Of a stretch of DNA of 64,000 nucleotides, positions 1 through 8,923 are shown in pieces; the stretch's first letter is position 1, and each line of letters starts with the position of its first letter. The notes beneath the pieces are model-generated. The model saw nothing but the letters and a program-made list of their open reading frames with translations. It had not been told where the DNA came from and ran no database searches. The translations under genes and the position numbers were made by a program. Origin of the DNA: Smithellaceae bacterium (GTDB lineage Bacteria; Desulfobacterota; Syntrophia; Syntrophales; Smithellaceae); the NCBI GenBank assembly GCA_963667845.2, contig CAXXVL010000001.1, positions 672,001-736,000 on the forward strand, given 5' to 3'.

Positions 1-14
1 AGGATAAGGACGAG

Positions 15-650
15 ATGGCCAAAAAAAAGGCAAGAGCGTCGAAAAACAACGGTGAACCCGAATCGCGGCAGCAGATCCTTGACGCGGCTCTGTCCCTGTT
101 TGCGCAAAAAGGTTACGCCGCCACCTCCGTGCGGGAAATTGTGGATGCCGTTGGCATCACCGCGCCATCCCTTTATTATTACTTTGGCAGCAAGGAAGGC
201 CTCTACATGGAACTGATGCAGACGCATTGTTCGCAAATTGATTCAATGCTGGCGCTGCATACCCACACCCGGGAGAGCGCGAAGCACCGGCTGAAAGACC
301 TCGTCGGCACGATTTTCCAGCATGTCATCGAAGACAGGGATTTTTTCCGGCTCATGTTCACGATTTATTACGGTCCGTCTCAGGGCGCGCCTTATTGCGA
401 TTTCATTTCATATCACGTGAAGTTTCACGCCGCGATAAAGAAAATTATCGCAGAAGGCATTTCGGCAAAAGAATTTCAGCCCGGCAACCCGGGACATATG
501 ACCTGGGTGATCCGCGGCGTCGTGCAGCTTGCCATGGAGGAGCAAATCAAAGATGATCAAAAAAAAATCGATCGTGTGGGTCTGCAAAAAATTTTGGACC
601 TGATTTTGGAACATCTGGAACAGCCGCCGTCTGCAGGTGAGGAGAAGTAA
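15..650 (+). CDS. TetR/AcrR family transcriptional regulator
   Basis: N-terminal TetR HTH (RQQILDAALSLFAQKGY..TSVREIV..VGIT.PSLYYYFGSKEGL); AAGGA RBS upstream. Confidence 0.93.
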   Translation: MAKKKARASKNNGEPESRQQILDAALSLFAQKGYAATSVREIVDAVGITAPSLYYYFGSKEGLYMELMQTHCSQIDSMLALHTHTRESAKHRLKDLVGTIFQHVIEDRDFFRLMFTIYYGPSQGAPYCDFISYHVKFHAAIKKIIAEGISAKEFQPGNPGHMTWVIRGVVQLAMEEQIKDDQKKIDRVGLQKILDLILEHLEQPPSAGEEK

Positions 651-732
651 TCCCGGCGGATATGTTTGAAAAAGGCCTGCGGCATGACGAATAAATTGAT
701 TTGCAAAAAAAATCTTGGGAGGCAGGAAATTT

Positions 733-1533
733 ATGGACTTGAAGATTAAGGATAAGGTTGCAGTTGTGACAGGCGGGGGAAGCGGGATCGGTGAAGCCGT
801 TGCGCTTCGTCTGGCTGCTGAAGGATCGAAAATCGTAGTGGCGGACTTGAATCCGGACGCGGCCGCGAAAGTTGTCGACGCGATCATCGCCGGCGGCGGC
901 GATGCTTTGGCCGTTGTCTGCAATGCGACAGAGCCGCAAGACGTGGACCGCATGATCGAAAAGACCGTGAAGAAGTATGGCGCTGTCGATATCCTGGTTA
1001 ACAATGTGGGCGGGGGATCGGGCATTGCACTGATGGCGAAATCTTCGATCGAAGACTGGGATCAGACCATTGAAGTCAACTTGAAAAGCGCCTACCTCTG
1101 CTGCCGCGCCGCCGCGAAAGCCATGATTCCGCGGAAACAGGGCCGGATGATCAACATGTCTTCCGTCTCGGGCAGGCAGGGGGAACAGCTTTTGGGGGCG
1201 TATTGCGCGGCCAAATTCGGGGTGATCGGGCTTACGCAAACCCTGGCCAAAGAATTGGCGCGTCACGATATTACCGTAAACGCCGTATGTCCGGGTTATG
1301 TTTTTACGCCGGGATGGGAAAAGCTGGCACAGGCGGTAAAGGACGTCCAACCGGTGTATGCGAACATGAGCCTCGAAGAGATATTTGAAGCGCGGGTCAA
1401 AGCCGTCACTCCGCTTCGCCGCCCTCAATCCGCCGAGGAAATTGCCGGTCTTGTGGCATATCTGGCCTCGCACGATGCCAGAAGTATCACGGGCCAGGCC
1501 ATAAGTATCGACGGCGGCATTGTGATGCGTTGA
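733..1533 (+). CDS. SDR family NAD(P)-dependent oxidoreductase (FabG-like)
   Basis: TGGGSGIG Rossmann motif, VNNVG, catalytic YCAAK; ATG 733 chosen for AGGA RBS. Confidence 0.93.
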   Translation: MDLKIKDKVAVVTGGGSGIGEAVALRLAAEGSKIVVADLNPDAAAKVVDAIIAGGGDALAVVCNATEPQDVDRMIEKTVKKYGAVDILVNNVGGGSGIALMAKSSIEDWDQTIEVNLKSAYLCCRAAAKAMIPRKQGRMINMSSVSGRQGEQLLGAYCAAKFGVIGLTQTLAKELARHDITVNAVCPGYVFTPGWEKLAQAVKDVQPVYANMSLEEIFEARVKAVTPLRRPQSAEEIAGLVAYLASHDARSITGQAISIDGGIVMR

Positions 1534-1614
1534 GAATATCCGCGGCTCCATGCGGGGGGCCGCGAGCGTCCATTTGCTTGAGGAAAGTCGGCTGGAGCGG
1601 CAAGGGATGATATT

Positions 1615-1647
1615 ATGACCAGCAGATATTTAGTAAATGGTGGTCAT
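1615..1647. promoter_or_regulatory. Inverted-repeat operator candidate, copy 1 (ATGACCA-N19-TGGTCAT)
   Basis: 7-bp perfect inverted repeat; same motif and spacing recurs at 3184-3216 upstream of the paralogous gene. Confidence 0.6.
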
Positions 1648-1849
1648 ATTTTTTTCACAATGATTTCCAGAATATCGCAAAGTGAAGTGGGATGTTTTTG
1701 TGCATTAAACAAATATCTAATGTTATTAAGGCATTGACATGCTGTTCATTTTGAGTATCAGTAAAACTAGCATAAAAGGGGAGGGAAATGATCTTTGCAT
1801 TTCCTGTTGTTACGAAGAAGGACAAAATAATCATTAGGAGGAACAGGGC

Positions 1850-3091
1850 ATGAAGTATTTTAAGATGTTTGTTTGTCTGACTGCGGCTGTTTTTTTTGTA
1901 TCCTGGGCGGGAAATAGTAAAGCTGATGAAATCTTGATCGGGTATACCGGACCGCTTTCCGGTCCCGCGGCCGAATACGGTCAAGACATTTTTAACGGGG
2001 TTGACATGGCCGTTAAAGAACTGAATGCCAGCGGCGGCATAATCGTTCAGGGGAAAAAATACACATTCAAAGTTGAGAAGCTCGATGACCGTATTGATCC
2101 GACGCAGGCTGTAAACAATGCCCGCCGGTTCAAACAGAATAAGGCCATCGCCGTTTTCAACGGTGTTTTCAATACCCTCGCTCCCATGATGAAGATCAAT
2201 GAAGAAAAGGGCAATGAGTTCATTGTTATGGCCTATACCAGCACGCCCAAGGTGACAGAAATGGGCAATAAGCTGGTCGTGGCGACCACGCTTGATTTTA
2301 ATACCTACGTGAAAGTCTTTGCCGACTGGGCGTTGAAAAAGGGATGGAAAAAATGCGCCATGGTCGTGACGCTGGGAGCTTACGGTGACGAATGGCGGGC
2401 GGGCTTCAGATCATACTACGAAAAAAGGGGAGGGACGATCACCATCGACAAGCCGGCCAACTATTACACGGAGACGGATTTTTCTTCTCAACTTGCGGCG
2501 TCCGTCGCCACAAAACCCGATGTGATGCTGATCGGCGGACCTTCGGCCACAACGGCTCTGGTGATCGAACAGGCCAGGAGTATGGGTTATAAAGGCGGTT
2601 TCATGCTCATCGATCAGGCCAAGCAGGATTACATTGCCATCCTGCTCAAAGGGAGCAAAGTGATGAGTCCACTGATTGGAACGGCGGGAGTCGTGAGCAT
2701 TCCCTTTGAAGGCGCGACGATATTCGATAAGAAATATGTTCGTACCTACAAACGGATGGTTACCTGGGAATGCGCCCTCAATTATACGGCCACACATGCG
2801 CTGGCCCGGGCGATTGTGGCCGCGGGAACGGTCGATAATGTGTATAAGATCCGCGCCGCTTTTCCCAAAGCTTTAGATCCGCCGATGCTGGGTGATAAGT
2901 ATCCCAACGGGGTGTTCGGGATCACCAGCGCCGGACGAATGCTGATTATGGCTTCTGTTCAAACCATCACCAACGGTAAGTTCGACCCCTCGGTGTTGTA
3001 CGCCTGGTGGCCCGAAACACAGAAAGAGTTTGAAACGGCCAAAAGAATAGGTGGAACGCCGCAAAATGAAGTTTTGTGGCTGAGGCACTAA
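1850..3091 (+). CDS. ABC transporter substrate-binding protein, LivJ/branched-chain type (paralog 1)
   Basis: Signal peptide; IGYTGPLSGPAAEYG and TDFSSQL motifs; AGGAGG RBS. Confidence 0.92.
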   Translation: MKYFKMFVCLTAAVFFVSWAGNSKADEILIGYTGPLSGPAAEYGQDIFNGVDMAVKELNASGGIIVQGKKYTFKVEKLDDRIDPTQAVNNARRFKQNKAIAVFNGVFNTLAPMMKINEEKGNEFIVMAYTSTPKVTEMGNKLVVATTLDFNTYVKVFADWALKKGWKKCAMVVTLGAYGDEWRAGFRSYYEKRGGTITIDKPANYYTETDFSSQLAASVATKPDVMLIGGPSATTALVIEQARSMGYKGGFMLIDQAKQDYIAILLKGSKVMSPLIGTAGVVSIPFEGATIFDKKYVRTYKRMVTWECALNYTATHALARAIVAAGTVDNVYKIRAAFPKALDPPMLGDKYPNGVFGITSAGRMLIMASVQTITNGKFDPSVLYAWWPETQKEFETAKRIGGTPQNEVLWLRH

Positions 3092-3120
3092 AGGGTTCCG
3101 AAATTTATTTTATTGACTGA

Positions 3121-3149
3121 AAGAGGCAGGGCAACCTGCCTCTTTTTTT
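3121..3149 (+). terminator. Rho-independent terminator
   Basis: AAGAGGCAGG-gcaa-CCTGCCTCTT followed by a T-run. Confidence 0.9.
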
Positions 3150-3183
3150 ATTAAGCGATCAGAGGGCGAACCGCGCAGAAATG

Positions 3184-3216
3184 GTGACCGGTAGATATTT
3201 TATAAATGACGGTCAT
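3184..3216. promoter_or_regulatory. Inverted-repeat operator candidate, copy 2 (TGACCG-N19-CGGTCA)
   Basis: Same position and spacing as 1615-1647, with a symmetric A/T to G/C change. Confidence 0.6.
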
Positions 3217-3416
3217 ATTATTTCCATAATTATATCCGGCTTGTCGTGAATCAGAACCGCTTATTTTCAATCGATTGCAAATACACAATGTTATTATGAT
3301 ATTGACATGTGGACTTTTTTGAGTCAGTAAAATTGTCCATAAAAGGGGAGGGAGATGATCTCATCATTTCCCATTGTTACAAGTTAAGACAACACAATAA
3401 CGAGGAGGAACAAGGA

Positions 3417-4658
3417 ATGAAGTATCTGAAGGTGTTAGTTTGTCTGGTTGCTGCTGTTTTTGTCATGTCGTGGGTAGGAAGTAGTAAGGCGGAAGACATT
3501 GTTATCGGTTATACCGGACCGCTCAGCGGACCGGCAGCGGAGTACGGTCAGGATATTCTCAGTGGCGTTGATATGGCTGTTAAGGACGTTAATGCCGCCG
3601 GAGGAGTTACGGTCGGCGGAAAGAAATATATGTTCCGGCTGGAAAAGCTTGACGACCGTGTTGACCCCACGCAGGCAGTCAATAACGCGCGCCGCTTCAA
3701 GGCAAACAAAGCGATTGCGGTTGTCAACGGTGTTTTCAATACCATCGCACCTCTGATGAAAATCAATGAAGAAAAGGGCAACGAGTTCATTATGATTGCT
3801 TACACCAGCACTCCCAAGGTAACAGAGATGGGCAATAAGCTGGTCGTGGCCACAACCGTTGATTTTACCACTTATGTCCAGGTCTTTGCCGAATGGGCAC
3901 TTAAAAAAGGCTGGAAGAGATGCGCCATGGTTGTCACTTTGGGCGCTTACGGCGATGAATGGAGAAACGGATTCAAGGGATACTGGGAAAAGCACGGCGG
4001 CGTTATCACCGCAGATAAGCCGGCTAATTACTACACGGAAACCGACTTTTCCGCTCCGATTGCGGCCTCCATCGCCACCAAACCGGATGTCATGCTGATC
4101 GGCGGTCCGTCTGCTACAACGGCTCTGGTTATCGAGCAGGCCCGGGCAATGGGTTTCAAAGGCGGCTTCATTATGATCGATCAGGGCAAACAGGATTACA
4201 TTGCCAAATTACTCAAAGGCACAAAGACGATGGGCAATCTGATCGGCACGGGCGGAGTGGTCAGTGTTCCCTTCCCCGGTGCGGCAACTTTTGAGAAGAG
4301 ATTTACGGAGCAGTACAAGAAAATGGTTACCTGGGAGTGCGCCCTGAATTATACGGCCATTCATGCTCTGGCTCGTTCCATCGAGGCAGCCGGGACAACT
4401 ACGGACGTTTACAAAATTCGTGATGCATTTCCCAAAGCGCTGGCTAACGGATTGCTGGGCGACAAATACCCCAATGAAGAGTTCGGCATTGAAAAATCCG
4501 GCCGTATGCATATTGCAGCCTCCGTCCAGACTATTACGAACGGAAAATCCGATCCGTCCATACTCTATGTCTGGTGGACAAAGACTCAAAAAGAATTTGA
4601 TCTCGTTAAAAAGCGGTCCTTCGCAAAACATAATGAGATCGTTTGGATGAAGTTTTAG
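3417..4658 (+). CDS. ABC transporter substrate-binding protein, LivJ type (paralog 2)
   Basis: Full-length similarity to 1850-3091; ATG 3417 follows GAGGAGG RBS and gives a signal peptide. Confidence 0.92.
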   Translation: MKYLKVLVCLVAAVFVMSWVGSSKAEDIVIGYTGPLSGPAAEYGQDILSGVDMAVKDVNAAGGVTVGGKKYMFRLEKLDDRVDPTQAVNNARRFKANKAIAVVNGVFNTIAPLMKINEEKGNEFIMIAYTSTPKVTEMGNKLVVATTVDFTTYVQVFAEWALKKGWKRCAMVVTLGAYGDEWRNGFKGYWEKHGGVITADKPANYYTETDFSAPIAASIATKPDVMLIGGPSATTALVIEQARAMGFKGGFIMIDQGKQDYIAKLLKGTKTMGNLIGTGGVVSVPFPGAATFEKRFTEQYKKMVTWECALNYTAIHALARSIEAAGTTTDVYKIRDAFPKALANGLLGDKYPNEEFGIEKSGRMHIAASVQTITNGKSDPSILYVWWTKTQKEFDLVKKRSFAKHNEIVWMKF

Positions 4659-4692
4659 CATCCGCCAAAAAAACAGATAGACTCGGAATCAA

Positions 4693-4728
4693 AAAAGGAC
4701 AGGGAGTAATCCCTGTCCTTTTCTTTTT
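4693..4728. terminator. Bidirectional intrinsic terminator
   Basis: AAAAGGACAGGGA-gtaa-TCCCTGTCCTTTT between convergent genes, flanked by A- and T-runs. Confidence 0.88.
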
Positions 4729-4772
4729 GATATCAGAATTCTTTTTACACTGGTGAACATGAAAAGCAAAAA

Positions 4773-5993
4773 TCAATTTGATGATGTTGAATGGGGAACC
4801 AAAATGATGCCCTCTTCTCGAAGCGCCTCGATTTCTTCTTTACTGTAACCGATTTCTTCCAGAATGGATCTGGTATCTTCTCCCAGCGAGGGTGCGGGCC
4901 CGGCGGGTGCGGCCTTTGTTGCCGAGAATTTAAGCGGGACGCCGATCCCCTTGATTGTGCCGCAGACGGGATGTGTCTGCTCGTAAACCATTTGCCGCGC
5001 CTTCAATTGCGGGTCCGTTTCCACTTCCGAAATGTCCAGCACCGGTGTCAGACAAACATCAAGGTCCTTTGCCCGGGCGATCCATTCCCCCCGGGTTTTT
5101 GTCCGGAAGAGCGCGGTGATTTCCTTACGCAGACTTTCGGCTTCAGCCCCCATGACCATGTGTCGATCCACCCATTCGGGGCGGCCCGCCATGTCGCAAA
5201 AAATTTTCCAGAACTTGGCTTCCAGGATGCCCAGCGCGACGTATTTTCCGTCGGCGCATGGATAGGTGCCGTAGCAGGCGAGCCCTCCTGAAAGGGGCAG
5301 CTCTCCCGGCGCCATCGTGAGTTTGGTTGCCTGATAGTGAGCCATTTGCAGGGTCATGAGCGGCAGGAGGCAGTCGAGCATGGATACGTCAACCTGCTGA
5401 CCCCGGCCGGTCTTCTCCCGGGCCCAGAGTGCGGAAAGACAGGCGATGATGGACATATAGGCGCCCCCTGCGACATCGCCCAGTTGTGGAGCGGGAAGAA
5501 CCGGGCCGGTTTCCCGAGAGCCGGTGGCCGACAGGATGCCGGCGTAGCCGATAAAATTAATATCGTGCGCGGCGACTGCGGCGTATGGCCCATCCTGGCC
5601 ATAGCCGGTAATCGAGACGTAAATAATATCCGGCTTTATTTTTCCGGCTGCCGCATACCCAATGCCGAGTTCGTCGAGCACGCCGGGCCGGAATTGTTCG
5701 ATGACAATGTCGGCCGTTTTGAGCAGATCAAAAAAAATACCGACGCCTCCGGCTGATTTGAGATTTATCGCCAGACTGCGCTTCGAGCGGTTGACGGCAA
5801 TGAAGCCCGCCGATTCGGATTCGATGTACGGTGGATAGAAGCGCATGTAATCCGGTGAATTCATATCCTCGACCTTGATGACGTCTGCTCCCATATCTGC
5901 GAGCATCATGGTGCCGAGCGGCCCGGGGTAAAGCCTTGTGAGATCGAGGATGCGAATGCCCTGCAGAGGGCCGTTTTGAGGTTTTGTCGCCAT
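4773..5993 (-). CDS. CaiB/BaiF (family III) CoA-transferase
   Basis: PLQGIRILDLTRLYPGP, LADMGADVIKVE, NRSKRSLAINLK, EQFRPG and PAPSLGEDT motifs. Confidence 0.94.
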   Translation of the reverse strand: MATKPQNGPLQGIRILDLTRLYPGPLGTMMLADMGADVIKVEDMNSPDYMRFYPPYIESESAGFIAVNRSKRSLAINLKSAGGVGIFFDLLKTADIVIEQFRPGVLDELGIGYAAAGKIKPDIIYVSITGYGQDGPYAAVAAHDINFIGYAGILSATGSRETGPVLPAPQLGDVAGGAYMSIIACLSALWAREKTGRGQQVDVSMLDCLLPLMTLQMAHYQATKLTMAPGELPLSGGLACYGTYPCADGKYVALGILEAKFWKIFCDMAGRPEWVDRHMVMGAEAESLRKEITALFRTKTRGEWIARAKDLDVCLTPVLDISEVETDPQLKARQMVYEQTHPVCGTIKGIGVPLKFSATKAAPAGPAPSLGEDTRSILEEIGYSKEEIEALREEGIILVPHSTSSN

Positions 5994-6055
5994 GGGTAGA
6001 TTCTCCGCGCGCTGCGAAAATTTTGTCAAGGATCTGTCTTGAGCGGTGCAAACAT

Positions 6056-7024
6056 CTAAATTGCTTCGATCGTGGACGTCGGTTTGCAGGTAATATTGTA
6101 GGTTACACTTACGACATCAGGAATATCCCGGGTGATCTTCGCGGCGATTTTTTCCAGCACCTCAAAAGGCAAACGGGTGGGCCTGGCCTTGCGCGCGTCG
6201 GTGCTTTCCCAGCAGCGGATCTCGATCTGGTTGCCGAAAACCCGCTTGTTATTCCGCATCCCCGTTACGCGGTCTTCATGCAGAATGGCCAGATACTGAA
6301 ATGCCTTGACATCCTTAAGCACGGCTTCGGTAATGGAGGTGGCTTCCCGGACCAGCGCGATTTTAGCGGGTGTCACTTCGCCGATCACGCGGGCGGCCAG
6401 CGCAGGCCCCGGAAAGGGGATCCGGTCAAACATGCTCTCCGGAAGACCCAGGCCGCGGCCGACTTTCCTGACCCCGTCCTTGCGCAGCTCGATGAGCGGC
6501 TCCAGAATTTTATAGCCGAAGGCTTTCTGCGGGTCGATGCCCAGTTGTTCAAAGACATTGTGCTGACGTTTAATGCCGGCGACCGTTTCATCCACGTCAG
6601 TGAGAATTGTTCCCTGCAGCAGGTATTTAGCCCTACTCTTCACGACCAGCTTTCCAAAGATATTTTTGTAAAACGTCTGGGTAATGGCTTCCCTTTTTTC
6701 TTCCGGATCGGTGAGCCCTTTGAGTGCGGCAAAGAAGGTTTTGGACGCATCCAGGACCGCAACTTCGATCCCGAGTTTCTTAAAGGCCGCCGCGACTCTG
6801 GCCGGTTCTCCTTCCCGCATGATGCCGTTGTCAATAAAATAGGTTTTCAATCGCTTTCCGAGCGCCCTATGCCCCAGGGCGGTAACGACCGATGAGTCCA
6901 CGCCGCCCGACAGAGCATTGATGGCGAGGCCGTCGCCCACGGCGCTGCGGATATCGCGGACTTTGTCATCAATAAATCTTTCCACATTCATGGTGCTTGC
7001 TTTGATTTCTTTCATTTTAATCAT
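6056..7024 (-). CDS. GMP synthase ATP-pyrophosphatase subunit (subunit B type, no GATase domain)
   Basis: ALSGGVDSSV PP-loop, DPEEKR, LLQGT, IKRQHNV, PFPGPALA and C-terminal KPTSTIE; 322 aa. Confidence 0.9.
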   Translation of the reverse strand: MIKMKEIKASTMNVERFIDDKVRDIRSAVGDGLAINALSGGVDSSVVTALGHRALGKRLKTYFIDNGIMREGEPARVAAAFKKLGIEVAVLDASKTFFAALKGLTDPEEKREAITQTFYKNIFGKLVVKSRAKYLLQGTILTDVDETVAGIKRQHNVFEQLGIDPQKAFGYKILEPLIELRKDGVRKVGRGLGLPESMFDRIPFPGPALAARVIGEVTPAKIALVREATSITEAVLKDVKAFQYLAILHEDRVTGMRNNKRVFGNQIEIRCWESTDARKARPTRLPFEVLEKIAAKITRDIPDVVSVTYNITCKPTSTIEAI

Positions 7025-7221
7025 GGCGGCTCCTTTTTATGATGGAATGAGATGCAAAAATATTTAATCGAAATTGCGCCGCGTTTCAAGCATTAAAGAA
7101 AAAAAGAACAAAATAGTGCCGCGATTCGTACATTACTGAACATTTTTATTGTAAATGCGCCGCGTTGGGTTTAAAAATCATTCAGCAATTACTGAATCAT
7201 TCCTTCTGAAAGGAGATAACC

Positions 7222-7983
7222 ATGGAACCGATAAAAATTATGCCTTGTCTGGACATGAAAAACGGACGGGTGGTAAAAGGCGTTCATTTCGTCGATATTA
7301 AGGAAGCGGGCGACCCGGTGGAGAATGCCGCTTTTTATCAAGCAGAAGGTGCGGACGAACTTGCCATGCTGGACATCGCGGCTACACTGGAAAACCGCAA
7401 GACGCGCCTGGAGTGGGTCAGGAAAGTTGCGGCGGTGCTGGATATTCCGCTGACCGTCGGCGGCGGCATTTCTTCGCTTGACGATATCGAAATGGTCCTT
7501 GGCGCCGGAGCAAGTAAAGTTTCCATGAACAGCGCGACGGTCAAGAATCCGGAATTGGTTCGTGAAGCAGCCGGCAAGTATGGTTCAGCTAAGATCACGA
7601 TCGCCATTGATGCAAAAAGAAACGAAGCCATGCCTTCCGGCTTCGAACTGGTGGTTTCCGGCGGTACACTGCCCATTGCCAGGGATGCCGTGGCCTGGGA
7701 GAAAACCTGCCAGGAACTTGGAGCGGGTGTTATCCTGCCGACCAGCATGGACGGAGACGGCACCAAGGCGGGTTATGATATTCCCTTTACCAGGGCCATA
7801 GCCGACGCAGTCACCGTGCCGGTGGTGGCTTCCGGCGGAGCAGGTAAACCGGAAGATTTTTATGAGGTGGTTGTCAAAGGCGGGGCGAGCGTTCTTCTGG
7901 CTGCGTCGGTTTTTCACTTCCGGCTGCTCAGAATCAAAGACGTGAAAGATTATTTGCGAGCCAGGGGTCTGACAGTCGCCTGA
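7222..7983 (+). CDS. hisF: Imidazole glycerol phosphate synthase cyclase subunit HisF (possibly a paralog)
   Basis: PCLDMKNGRVVKG, GDPVE, GADEL, TVGGGI, IAIDAK, TSMDGDGT.AGYD, ASGGAG, LAASVFH. Confidence 0.9.
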   Translation: MEPIKIMPCLDMKNGRVVKGVHFVDIKEAGDPVENAAFYQAEGADELAMLDIAATLENRKTRLEWVRKVAAVLDIPLTVGGGISSLDDIEMVLGAGASKVSMNSATVKNPELVREAAGKYGSAKITIAIDAKRNEAMPSGFELVVSGGTLPIARDAVAWEKTCQELGAGVILPTSMDGDGTKAGYDIPFTRAIADAVTVPVVASGGAGKPEDFYEVVVKGGASVLLAASVFHFRLLRIKDVKDYLRARGLTVA

Positions 7984-8000
7984 AAGGAAAGGAAGAGTTG

Positions 8001-8579
8001 ATGGGTAAAATCGCCGATAAGCTTTTTTTTCGCAACCACTGCCTTTGCCCCCGCTGGTTGTGTTTTACCTTTGACAACGGGCTGCGCCGATTGGTGCAAA
8101 ATCCTGAACGGATCTCGGGGTGTTACATTAAAGAGGGTGATGTCGTCCTCGACGTCGGTCCGGGGATCGGTTTCTTCACAATCCCGATGGCCCGGATCGT
8201 CGGAGGCCGCGGGCGGGTGATTGCCGCCGATATCCAGGAATCCATGCTCGAGGGCATCGCAAGGCGGGCCAAGCGGGCCGGCGTTAACGACCGAATCATT
8301 TTGCACCTCGCCTCGCAGGATTCGCTCGGCGTTACGACTGCCGCTGATTTTATCCTGGCGTTCTGGATGGCACATGAAGTTCCGGACCAGCAGCACTTTT
8401 ATCAGCAATTGAACGCAGTCCTCAAGGACAGCGGCCGATTTTTGCTGGTCGAACCGAAAATACATGTCTCCGGAAAACAGTTCAAGGCCGAGATTGCAGC
8501 CGCTGGGGCAGCCGGATTCAAGCTTGTGGAAACCCCGGCCGTTGGGCTAAGTTATGCCGCTTTGTTTGCGAAACTCTGA
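8001..8579 (+). CDS. Class I SAM-dependent methyltransferase
   Basis: VVLDVGPGIG motif I, VIAADIQESML, LKDSGRFLLVE. Confidence 0.88.
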   Translation: MGKIADKLFFRNHCLCPRWLCFTFDNGLRRLVQNPERISGCYIKEGDVVLDVGPGIGFFTIPMARIVGGRGRVIAADIQESMLEGIARRAKRAGVNDRIILHLASQDSLGVTTAADFILAFWMAHEVPDQQHFYQQLNAVLKDSGRFLLVEPKIHVSGKQFKAEIAAAGAAGFKLVETPAVGLSYAALFAKL

Positions 8580-8744
8580 TTCCGAAAGCGCAGCGCAGCG
8601 GAATTAGCTAGTTGAGCTATCCCGCCAAGCGGAGGGCGAAGCCCGTGGTTTGCGAAACTCTGATTCCGAAAGCGCAGCGCAGCGGAATTAGTTAGTTGAG
8701 CTATCCCGCCAAGCGCAGCGCGAGCCCGTGGTTTGCGAAACTCT
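8564..8744. repeat. Tandem repeat of two ~84-bp units bounded by three GTTTGCGAAACTCT copies
   Basis: 14-mer at 8564, 8648 and 8731; the intervening sequences are nearly identical. Confidence 0.9.
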
Positions 8745-8910
8745 AATCCCTTAAGCTAATCGCCTAACCTGACAACCTGAAGGTGGATCGAGGTCGCGAG
8801 CCGGAAAAGTCAGCCGGGTCCTCAGGAAAATTGCTCGTCCGACGGACAAACTATGAGGTCCCGGAGGGCCCCTTTTACGGCGGATCCGCTTGTCGTCCGG
8901 TTTTGGGATT
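8745..8910. repeat. Nested palindromic element (MITE/REP-like)
   Basis: AATCCC..GGGATT ends; nested GACAA/TTGTC, GGATC/GATCC and CCGGG.CCTCA/TGAGG.CCCGG; shares a 19-mer (1 mismatch) with the element at 41227. Confidence 0.5.
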
Positions 8911-8923
8911 TCGGCGGCAATAA

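Noticed and set aside
547..1551. Long antisense ORFs (also 5984-6895, 11135-12049, 33111-33971, 47574-48347 and others)
   Set aside because: Shadow frames of well-supported genes in GC-rich coding DNA; no motifs or RBS.
1580..1606. GAGGAAAGTC resembling the RNase P RNA 5' motif
   Set aside because: No following CGGGC and no 3' ACAGAA..CGGCTTA motif; chance match.
1734..1767. TTGACA..TAAAAC promoter (and TTGACA..TAAAAT at 3302-3333)
   Set aside because: Spacers are 22 and 20 bp, so I cannot call a canonical sigma70 promoter even though the words are conserved.
8564..8744. Possible mini-CRISPR array
   Set aside because: The repeats are only 14 bp, the ~70-bp inserts are near-identical rather than unique, and no cas genes are in the window.
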